Below, piece after piece: positions 29,601-35,682 of a stretch of 64,000 nucleotides of DNA. The number at the start of each line of letters is the position of its first letter. Position 1 is the stretch's first letter. Source of the stretch: Candidatus Falkowbacteria bacterium (GTDB lineage Bacteria; Patescibacteriota; Patescibacteriia; UBA11705); NCBI GenBank assembly GCA_003518055.1, contig DOZJ01000003.1:2046-66045 (forward strand), written 5' to 3'. Position numbers and translations under genes: made by a program. The notes beneath the pieces were generated by a model. That model was not told the DNA's origin. It ran no database searches and worked only from the letters and a program-made list of their open reading frames with translations.

Positions 29601-30647
29601 ATGCAAAAATCATATACGGCTCCGGCTACTGGCTTATACGCGCCGTTATCAGGTGAGTCAGTCAATATATCAGTTACCGATAACAATGGTCAGCAGATTA
29701 CCAATTTAAACGATGACGTGGAGTTGACTCTAGATTATTTGACTACAAGTTTACCGAGCGGAATTTCCGAAGGCGATTTGATTCCGGCTTATTGGGATAC
29801 TACAACAAATCAATGGATCCCGCTCAGCGGAGTGCAGAATTCGTCAGACAACTCATTTACAGCTCAAACCAATCACTTTACCATTTTTGGTGTGGTTTAT
29901 TCCCCGCTGTCAGTAACGACAGCATCTGGCAGCAGTCGATCCAGCCAGGAGGCGTCACAAGAGCTTGTTGATTCGATAACCGGTGATGGCTCTGGTAGTT
30001 CGACATCGATTCCGGCGACTGAAGAAACGACAGAGCCGGAAACCGCAGAACCGGAGTTAATACCCGATGAGTCAGTAACGGAAACACCTGAGACGTCCGT
30101 GGAAGCTGAAGAAGAGATGGTGAAAACATATACCCCGGATTTACCGGCAGAGCGTGATTTGGATAATGAACGAGACGCCATAAGTCGATATATCAGTTTG
30201 GAGAAAGAATTACCAACTGGTGATGACTGGAAGGTTGTCCAATTCATCAGCTACGGAAGTACGTCTGTGACTGAAGTTTTGACGACTCGGGAGCGTTCTG
30301 GTTTAGTATCTGATTATAAGGATTTGTACGGCCATTTACCGGTGACCGAGACTGATTGGAAGGATATAGATTTGATTGCTCGCGGTGAACAACCGACCCG
30401 GATTTTGACGCTTGAGGCATCAGCTATCAAGGAATTCGTAATGATTTATGGTCGATTGGTCAATTTTCAGACAGCAGCAGATGAGGATTTTATTCATATG
30501 GTGGCTTATCGCTATCGAGTGGAACAACGCGATTTGGCCAGGGAAAATACGGCTTTGGGCATATTTTCTAAGGCTTATGGTCATCTGCCCAATTCAACCC
30601 ACTTTTGGTCGGTATTGAGAGCTATATCCTATGCTAACGTGGAATAA
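23694..30647 (+). CDS. Giant surface protein (2317 aa): LTD, Ig-like modules, carboxypeptidase-regulatory-like beta-sandwich repeats and a conserved C-terminal repeat module
   Basis: N-terminal TM/signal. LTD motifs are present (LLISEVKFTG...NYVELYNRSG...SFERK...GNGFDSDDNNWDF). Four modules carry the pattern xVxFSEAMxxxTVNxxNV. Five or more repeats look like Y(T/V)(I/L)SG(K/T)VTD...G(N/A)Y(V/T)L.V..G.Y. An acidic Thr/Glu/Pro linker precedes a C-terminal domain shared with 21051..23210. Confidence 0.85.
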   Translation: MIHMKKTNRRSRSNHNLLIAFLMVFILGTTGYLTLIKPLAVKAGTSPLLISEVKFTGEVGGNYVELYNRSGSALSTEENVGVQYKFPSGEWTNLHVAFSNESIPASGFVLFGTAGGDLAFADEAAFNTAMAANNNSINGLSLRLCAILSSCVDGNLLDVVGFGSSSTTEGTAISLTDWDPSKSFERKAIFDSTVGAMIAGGEDETAGNGFDSDDNNWDFVMQSTGNPQNLSSAVESLDNAVFEDVVPFIDHGQVFSYHDNADLYLFAAIYDDSNIATTGAKIFYRVGTSGVFTQADSTKTVGAYDLTGSAWYAFVIPQASLQSAVSGGGVVQYYLQVTDGENTATMPDYNPSTTPFNIGVTDDYAGVKSFSGVITDSQLNFVRALVLIENSGFYAVSSAENGAYSFSSLPTSYEPDGAYRVIMVAPNYSSAMVSGMNGSTTVNAQLPLSYGDFGGGDFVGPYVNYTAPNAEMFGAPVAICNLNTSPESLPAGVNFCSPIMVGFSEAMNSGTVNTTNVKLYNFTTSAYVDNLGITATAQDNEFQVFSTTPLSVNTTYALILTTDVRDQAGNALVGNRSDGSYEITFTTGGAAFTGGGGQTFGSGQFQPPFVRTVSPNSGSFNIAMNANVLVDFTTAVNVESANLARVNLVDLDSSEVVSLTRTYSNDKTKIILNPNSTLSANQDYEIRVAGSFESSVGVTLGDPQNSQNTDDYVFFRSSFTTGSTLDSTGPRVLGTLPASAQTDVAVGLGSIEIGVSESLDAATVNTSNVTFKRGSTNIAADIEYDEASKTIRLFPSSALTANASHTVAVKTDVTDINGNAFNSDNDGTNGEVDDIYTFQFTTSSTIETTAPTVTNVRCDDYQCVVTYSEAMNRVTVTDTTDWVDSVGKWETSVLNRLNYSISVDKGAGLATVDITEATFKYDGNTNSVIISNLRLYEDVVDLNNPVPLTLSVYNAAGPADGVRDIVGNVIAASISISGTVESSAQTQGFIGPGATGFGTSGVSDFGMHSAATMGEKPIGVFPMNSLAGVTSRYFVDLPVTTVIPNGGKIELTFPNGFDITNAVIDTNSPMNNDISRGSSTMTLSCVGTQATRTITCTTTGASDANDYLSFELKTIINSSIPKDFNTSGYTVDVKTKSADGLTLLESMTTMPFFVTAAGSNSITVKVYAGGQLDATTGTDDIDDVTMNLFVGSPMTGPMDQTITFTNGYATTTISNLPAGEYFVFTEPSMTIGANEYVGVSPEQFSLNNNVTKSFSLSKMDNSTAAPLTVKITGAFGETEDIDIFAGSSKGFVVKTISDIGTVTNQSYTLYLPYNSDWSIGLGPAMPKGAISGQVAMPDWMPPKNKMVRVTGVGETVALTNMETQADVTSAGVSFTVASADYQINGSVVDGNDQGIANAELWAYQPMGFGGSGNNTRATTGGNFSLKVAEYGTYKVGAFLPGIPQSPELTLEVKVNTGAIDGNASADVYLNGTLITAGSPFKIKLRKADYTISGKVTDSSNNPMQYAPIWAEESTTKQTVNAMTDSSGNYVLYVGNGTWVVRSAVPFGSNICGSLTKTVTISSASKSGQNLQPSSSTCYTLSGTVTIGGSVVTGAPVFIDEWSGTLASGNPIGVFRDSRTDSAGQYSTRISNGTYRVGTWSEDYGERAILVTVNGQDSTANHITVEVADLKTLTVNFTGGASDMTGFMEVRNATSTERRGRPINDLSNAEIIQVSAGTYNVFVHIDGVGDFSQSSVDLTANAVITFNVSSVTRFGITGTVEDVDGNPIESAWVWVHDPNSNYRTGAATNSSGAYTLSVKEGSGMKIGVDKPNYVSPAPRTLNVTEAATIDFTDAENAALTATNYVVSGTVTGTNLTEGFVWAETATGGWSGSPIDLDGTFSLPVTNGTWTLKGIAPLHAQTTYSGSITINNDSVTGLSFPLTVDVTKTVKTAINSITPSVGGVIQDDTVGAKVVVPPNALGSGSTSGNMTMQKSYTAPATGLYAPLSGESVNISVTDNNGQQITNLNDDVELTLDYLTTSLPSGISEGDLIPAYWDTTTNQWIPLSGVQNSSDNSFTAQTNHFTIFGVVYSPLSVTTASGSSRSSQEASQELVDSITGDGSGSSTSIPATEETTEPETAEPELIPDESVTETPETSVEAEEEMVKTYTPDLPAERDLDNERDAISRYISLEKELPTGDDWKVVQFISYGSTSVTEVLTTRERSGLVSDYKDLYGHLPVTETDWKDIDLIARGEQPTRILTLEASAIKEFVMIYGRLVNFQTAADEDFIHMVAYRYRVEQRDLARENTALGIFSKAYGHLPNSTHFWSVLRAISYANVE

Positions 30648-30752
30648 TTAGATAAGAAAAAAAGGGCTCTTGGCTCTCTTTTTTCTTTGTGGTATACTTT
30701 TTTTAGCTAAGTGAGTCGTGATAATCAGTTTATTAAATTTTGTGATGTAAGT

Positions 30753-30986
30753 ATGTCAATTTTAGAAAAAATATTTTCGAGTAAAAAATTGTTTCAGTAT
30801 TTTGTTTTGGTGGTGGTGACCTTGTTTTTGGTCAATTTGATTTTAACGGTAATATTATTGACAAAAGTTACAACGTTAAGAGGCGCCGTTGATACTTACC
30901 AATCAAAGGAATCGCAAATGTTAAATCAAATTTACGGCCGAACGTGGACGATTCAGGGGGCTTTGGAAACGAAGAACAACAATTAG
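30753..30986 (+). CDS. Small single-TM protein (77 aa)
   Basis: ORF with one strong TM helix (YFVLVVVTLFLVNLILTVILL). The start is uncertain (track start 30711). Confidence 0.4.
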   Translation: MSILEKIFSSKKLFQYFVLVVVTLFLVNLILTVILLTKVTTLRGAVDTYQSKESQMLNQIYGRTWTIQGALETKNNN

Positions 30987-31001
30987 ATATTAACAGATCC
31001 G

Positions 31002-31400
31002 TCACGAGCGAAAATATTGGCTGAAGTACGGATCTTTTTTTATTTTGATGATGTTTTTATCGACTTGATGATAAAACGCCGGATAATGCTGTCTGACAAT
31101 CATGCGGCCGCGGTATTTTTGATAATATGGCGGTTTTTGGATGTGGGCAATTTCATGAGCGAGGGTTCTGAGTAAAGTATTAATGCTTTTGGGTTTATTG
31201 GTCTTTGGTGTCAGGACATCAAGCGCGATAGTCTTTTTTTGGAAATTGATATACCCCAAAATTAATCTCTTGCCGGTTGCTGATTGACGGCGGCTGATGA
31301 TTCGTAGTTTGTATTCATCATAGCCAAAAAGTTTTCTCACGATTTGGTGAAAAATCAACTCGACAAATTCAAGGTAGCGGTCATTTTTGTAGGCTGGCAT
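31002..31400 (-). CDS. Putative zinc metalloprotease-like protein (HExxH; SprT/DUF45-like)
   Basis: 132 aa with an LAHEIAHI motif. Its C-terminal half is duplicated as a fragment at 23305-23513. Confidence 0.55.
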   Translation of the reverse strand: MPAYKNDRYLEFVELIFHQIVRKLFGYDEYKLRIISRRQSATGKRLILGYINFQKKTIALDVLTPKTNKPKSINTLLRTLAHEIAHIQKPPYYQKYRGRMIVRQHYPAFYHQVDKNIIKIKKDPYFSQYFRS

Positions 31401-31449
31401 AGATTAAACAGAAATTAGGGGGAAATTAAACCCCGCTCAAGTTGGATCT

Positions 31450-31515
31450 GGCGGGGTAACTCTAACTACAAAAGTTTGGCGGGTTGGGTTAGTTTTTACA
31501 AAAGTTTGGCGAGGT
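31450..31515. repeat. Intergenic repeat copy (GGGGTAACTCTAACTACAAAAGTTTGGCGGG / TTTTTACAAAAGTTTGGCG)
   Basis: Matches the dispersed repeat core by direct reading. Confidence 0.75.
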
Positions 31516-31532
31516 AAGGTTGTAAATTGGAA

Positions 31533-32756
31533 TTATGGAAGATACAGCAGCGGATCGACTGGGATACCATTGAGACGGACTTCAAAGTGAAGGTGCGGTC
31601 CGGTGGTCAGGTTGCCGGCGCCGGGTGTCCCAGGGGCGCCGCCGCTTAGGCCAATAACTTCACCTTTGGATACATATTCATCCACAGAGACATAAAGGGC
31701 GCTGACGTGGCCGTAGACGGTCGAGAGGCCATTGGCATGGATTAGAGCAATATAGCTGTACCCCATTCCGGCATCTCGGGCTTTGAGTACATAACCATCG
31801 GCAGAGGCTCTGATCGGAGTGGATTGGGCTGCTCGGATATCGATGGCCGGATGTTCAAAAATATGACGAAAGGGATAAGATTTGTCGTGAAAATAGGCGG
31901 TTACCGTATTTTTTGTTACTGGCCAAATTAGAGTGCTGTCTGTCAGGGCCGGTTGTTCGGTGTCAGTGGCGGCGTCAATTTGTTCTCGTTTAAGTTTTTC
32001 GAGATTATAAATTTCGTTATTGGCCGCTTCTTGTTCTTGTTTGGCCTGCCAGAAAAGATCGTAAAATTTTTGTTCTGACTCTTTGGTGTCAAACAGCAGA
32101 TCATCTTTATAATTGACTTCGCCCGCGAATTCCGCTTGCTGAATTTTTAATTCTTGTTTTAAATCGGTTAATTGCGTGTGTTTTTTGTCCATGTCGGATT
32201 TCTGGGTTTCAAGCTCCCCTTTTAGCCGTTTGATGCTATCAAGGGATTTTTGAAGGTTGTTGGATAATATTTTGGTGTTTTCAAGATGAATGAAAAAATC
32301 CGAGAGTGAATTGTTTAGAACAAAAATTTCTAGCGCGCCGGTGTCGTTTTGATAATGAAGGTGTTTCAGCGTTTCGCCTAACTCCCCTTTTTTCTTGTCG
32401 ATTTCATTCTCATGAGTCAAAATCTGCAATTCTGTTTGCCGGATTTCCAACTCGTTTTTTTTGACTTCTTGCTCGGTGGTCTCAATTTCGAGCTTGGTTT
32501 GGGCGATTTTATTGGTCAGAACGTCAATTTGATTTTGCAGGGATACGGCTTCTTCTTGTTTCTGCTGGATGTTTTTTTTGTAGATAGCTTGTTGCTTTTC
32601 CAATTCTTGAATTTTTTCTTGCGTAGATTTGATTTGGCTGTCGAGGTCATCAACGGTTTGAGCTATGATTGGGAGTCTCGGCAAAAGAAAAAATATACTT
32701 ATAACCGATAAGCCGCCAATCCATTTGATAGATTGTTTGAAATAGGATTTCATCAC
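31533..32756 (-). CDS. M23 family metallopeptidase with a long N-terminal coiled coil (EnvC-like)
   Basis: Signal/TM, about 250 aa of heptad-rich coiled coil, then a C-terminal M23 domain with HxxxD-type and GPHLHFEV motifs. Confidence 0.85.
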   Translation of the reverse strand: MMKSYFKQSIKWIGGLSVISIFFLLPRLPIIAQTVDDLDSQIKSTQEKIQELEKQQAIYKKNIQQKQEEAVSLQNQIDVLTNKIAQTKLEIETTEQEVKKNELEIRQTELQILTHENEIDKKKGELGETLKHLHYQNDTGALEIFVLNNSLSDFFIHLENTKILSNNLQKSLDSIKRLKGELETQKSDMDKKHTQLTDLKQELKIQQAEFAGEVNYKDDLLFDTKESEQKFYDLFWQAKQEQEAANNEIYNLEKLKREQIDAATDTEQPALTDSTLIWPVTKNTVTAYFHDKSYPFRHIFEHPAIDIRAAQSTPIRASADGYVLKARDAGMGYSYIALIHANGLSTVYGHVSALYVSVDEYVSKGEVIGLSGGAPGTPGAGNLTTGPHLHFEVRLNGIPVDPLLYLP

Positions 32757-32826
32757 AATTATTATAACAGATTTTGTTTAAAATGTGAATTCGGCTGTTG
32801 AAATAAAAAAACAGCCCCATGAGGGG

Positions 32827-34362
32827 CTATTGTTGACTAAGGTTTAATAGAGCGTGTTTTAACCGGTTAAGGCATTTGGTTTTGCCCAGAACTCCGGCGA
32901 TTTCGAATGGTCCGGGTGATTTTTCCCGGCCGGACAGGGCAACCCGAAGCGGCCAAAGCACATCACCATTTTGAAGGTTGTTGTGATCAATCATGTTTCT
33001 GATTTCTTTTTCGAGTTGGTCGGCGGTAAAGTGATCTTCCGGTGTTTTGATGAGTATTTCAAGGAGATATTGCAGGGCTTGGATGGTGGTGTCTTTGTCC
33101 GATTTTTTAAAAATTAACATTGTCGGATCAAGGTCCAGTTTGGCTGGGAAGACAAATTTGATCGCGTCGGAAATTTCGTTCAGGCGGCGGATGCGATTTT
33201 TTTCCAGCGAACAATAACGTTTAATGTCATTAAAGGTAATTTTTTCTTTGGTTAGCCGGTTGGTGTATTTGTTGTCGCTTTCATCGGTAACTAATTCAGC
33301 TGAGATTAAATAAGGTATACATTCGGTTGTGAATTGATCGTCGGATAAGCCTCGGAGATATACGCCATTGATCCAATCCAATTTTTCCAGATCAAAAACC
33401 GCGCCTTTTTTGTGGACATTATCAAGAGAAAATTGTTTGATCATCTCGTCGCGCGTATAAACTTCTTGTTCAGTCCCCGCGTTCCAGCCGAGCAAAGCAA
33501 TGAAATTTATTAAAGCGTCTTTCAAAAAGCCGGCTTGGATAAAGTCTTTGACGGAGACGTCGCCGTCGCGCTTACTCATTTTCTTTTTATTATTGTTGAG
33601 AATTTGGGGTAGGTGCGCGAAAACCGGAGCCTGCCAACCGAAAGATTCATATAACAAAACATGTTTTGGCGTGCTGGCAATCCATTCATCGCCGCGCATG
33701 ATGTGCGTGATTTTCATCAAGTGGTCGTCAATGATGTTGGCAAAGTGATAGGTCGGGAAACCGTCTGTTTTTACTAAGACAAAATCATCCAGATCTTTGG
33801 TGTTGACTTTGATGGCGCCGCGGATCGTGTCTTCAAATACAACCTCTTTTTCCTCAGGCATTTTGAATCGGATGACAAATGGGGCTTTTTGTTTTAACTT
33901 TTGTGTCACTTCGTCTTTTGATAAATGGCGGCACAAACCATCGTATTTGGGCGGCAGATTATCTTTTTTTTGCTGTTCGCGGAGATCGTCCAAGCGTTCT
34001 TTGGAACAGAAACAATAGTAGGCTTTATTTTTGGCCAGTAAAGTTTTTATGTGTTTTTGGTAAATGTCCAGACGTTCAGATTGAACATAGGGTCCATAGT
34101 CCCCTTTTTGATTGATTTTACCGTTGTCCAGATATGGTCCTTCATCATAGTCTAAACCAGCCCACTCCAAGGTCTGAAGCAGGTCTTCGAGGGCGCCCGG
34201 CACAAACCGCGTGCGGTCGGTGTCTTCGATGCGAACAATAAAGGTGCCGTCTTGATGACGAGCGAAAAGATAGTTGTATAAGATAGTGCGCAGATTGCCG
34301 ATGTGGACATAGCCGGTCGGGCTAGGGGCAATACGGACGCGGATGTTGGTGTTGGTGGGCAT
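32827..34362 (-). CDS. gltX: Glutamyl-tRNA synthetase
   Basis: HIGH-type motif (PSPTGYVHIGNLR) and KMSKS motif (KMSKR). Confidence 0.95.
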   Translation of the reverse strand: MPTNTNIRVRIAPSPTGYVHIGNLRTILYNYLFARHQDGTFIVRIEDTDRTRFVPGALEDLLQTLEWAGLDYDEGPYLDNGKINQKGDYGPYVQSERLDIYQKHIKTLLAKNKAYYCFCSKERLDDLREQQKKDNLPPKYDGLCRHLSKDEVTQKLKQKAPFVIRFKMPEEKEVVFEDTIRGAIKVNTKDLDDFVLVKTDGFPTYHFANIIDDHLMKITHIMRGDEWIASTPKHVLLYESFGWQAPVFAHLPQILNNNKKKMSKRDGDVSVKDFIQAGFLKDALINFIALLGWNAGTEQEVYTRDEMIKQFSLDNVHKKGAVFDLEKLDWINGVYLRGLSDDQFTTECIPYLISAELVTDESDNKYTNRLTKEKITFNDIKRYCSLEKNRIRRLNEISDAIKFVFPAKLDLDPTMLIFKKSDKDTTIQALQYLLEILIKTPEDHFTADQLEKEIRNMIDHNNLQNGDVLWPLRVALSGREKSPGPFEIAGVLGKTKCLNRLKHALLNLSQQ

Positions 34363-34365
34363 AAA

Positions 34366-34582
34366 CTACGAAAGTTAGATTGTCAGATGTGAATTAGGGT
34401 GTAACTATAACTACGGAAGTTTGGCGGGGTAACTGTAACGGCGGAAGTTTGGCGGGGTAACTGTAACTACGGAAGTTAGGCGGGTGTAACTGTAACTACG
34501 GAAGTAACTATAACTACGGAAGTTAGGCGGGGGTAACTGTAACTACGGAAGTAACTGTAACTACGGAAGTTAGGCGGGGTAA
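34366..34582. repeat. Tandem array of about 7 units (21-30 nt) of the dispersed repeat GGGGTAACTGTAACTACGGAAGTT(T/A)GGCGG
   Basis: Units abut one another with no unique spacers. Each contains the internal duplication GTAACT-GTAACTA. Confidence 0.9.
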
Positions 34583-34583
34583 G

Positions 34584-34976
34584 TTAAGGTTTATTTAAGT
34601 TTGGATTTATTATACGATAAATGTTAACATTTTTTTGATTAAAGTGAACTAATAAACCAAGTTTTATTCCCGACAATTTTAAATATTCTTTGACTTGATA
34701 AAAATGCTTTTGGGAAATTAGGGATGAGGCTTTAATTTCTATAATAATACAATCTTCAATCAGAAAGTCAATCTTACGATAAGTAATCTCACGACCGTAT
34801 AATTGAAGTGGAATTTTGGATTCTTTTACGTAATTTATTGTTTTTTGTTTGAGTAGTGATTCAAGTAGTTGACAATATGATGCTTCCCTGAGACCGTAAC
34901 CGAGTTGTTTGTATATTTGATAAAATAGTCCGTTCAAGACATATGAAAGATCCTCAAAATAAAAATGAGTCTGCAT
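34584..34976 (-). CDS. GxxExxY family protein (PD-(D/E)XK nuclease fold)
   Basis: 130 aa. Contains GYGLREASY (G-x-x-E-x-x-Y) and a downstream block IDFLIEDCIIIEIKA that resembles the D...(D/E)xK core. Confidence 0.7.
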   Translation of the reverse strand: MQTHFYFEDLSYVLNGLFYQIYKQLGYGLREASYCQLLESLLKQKTINYVKESKIPLQLYGREITYRKIDFLIEDCIIIEIKASSLISQKHFYQVKEYLKLSGIKLGLLVHFNQKNVNIYRIINPNLNKP

Positions 34977-35105
34977 ATGGTTTATTATACCATATGGTGA
35001 TAAGTATGGTAAGATAACGGCTGATAAAATAATTATTGTTTGTGTGCGTTAACAGTTAAAAAATACTTATTTTAGCTAAACTTCCGTAGTTATCGTTATA
35101 CCCTA

Positions 35106-35134
35106 TTGACAAATTATAATAAGTATGATATAAT
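35106..35134 (+). promoter_or_regulatory. Perfect sigma70-type promoter P1 (TTGACA-N17-TGaTATAAT)
   Basis: TTGACA at 35106-35111, a 17-nt spacer, an extended -10 TG, and TATAAT at 35129-35134. Confidence 0.7.
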
Positions 35135-35295
35135 GGCTAATCAAGCTGAGAAATTCATTGGCACATTGGCATTCATATATAAGACATTTGGATCTTTTTG
35201 TTGAGGGGTAACTGTAACTACGGAAGTATTACTACTAACGTTTTTACATTCATATAGTATATCGCTTGTCGTGATATTATATATAAAGACACCTC

Positions 35296-35324
35296 TTGAC
35301 AAAATGATTTAGATGTGATATAAT
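35296..35324 (+). promoter_or_regulatory. Perfect sigma70-type promoter P2 (TTGACA-N17-TGaTATAAT), upstream of the GC-rich CDS
   Basis: TTGACA at 35296-35301, a 17-nt spacer, an extended -10 TG, and TATAAT at 35319-35324. No intervening terminator with a T-run was seen before 35683. Confidence 0.7.
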
Positions 35325-35682
35325 GTTAAGCATGAACTTTGATATAACCATAACTACCAGACTACGCTGAAGCTACGTCTGGCACAGCGAAAGTTTAGCA
35401 GCAGCAAGAAGGCAGCAACTATTATTGAATTTGAGTTTGTGTCAACCTGAACTTGTTTCAGGTTCTACAAAATCAGATTCAATGATGGTTGTGAGATGTC
35501 TCCAACCTGTCCGGTGTAAATGGTCAAGACCAAAGAACTTCTTAAGCTTCACTCTGGTCCCCACATATCAAAACCGGGACCTATGAGCCGATTAGCGGCT
35601 GACAAAAGTGAAGTCGAAGATCAGCGGTCAAGACCAACCAAATCGTTTTTGGGGCACAGCCCCGCTTCATGGAGGAATCCAG

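Noticed and set aside
32412-32711. 99-aa plus-strand ORF antisense to the M23 peptidase coiled-coil region, plus similar antisense ORFs inside clpB (41417..41668, 41433..41654, 41684..42043, 42161..42646)
   Set aside because: They are low-complexity mirror images of Glu/Lys/Leu/Gln-rich coiled-coil coding sequence on the opposite strand, where well-supported genes already account for the DNA.
34366-34582. Tandem 21-30-nt repeat array as a possible CRISPR array
   Set aside because: The units abut one another with no unique spacers, unit length is variable, the same unit is scattered singly across many intergenic regions, and no cas genes are present.
34584-34976. GxxExxY gene as a marker of a 23S rRNA intervening sequence
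   Set aside because: I could find no rRNA-like sequence on either side. The flanks are gltX, repeat arrays and promoters.
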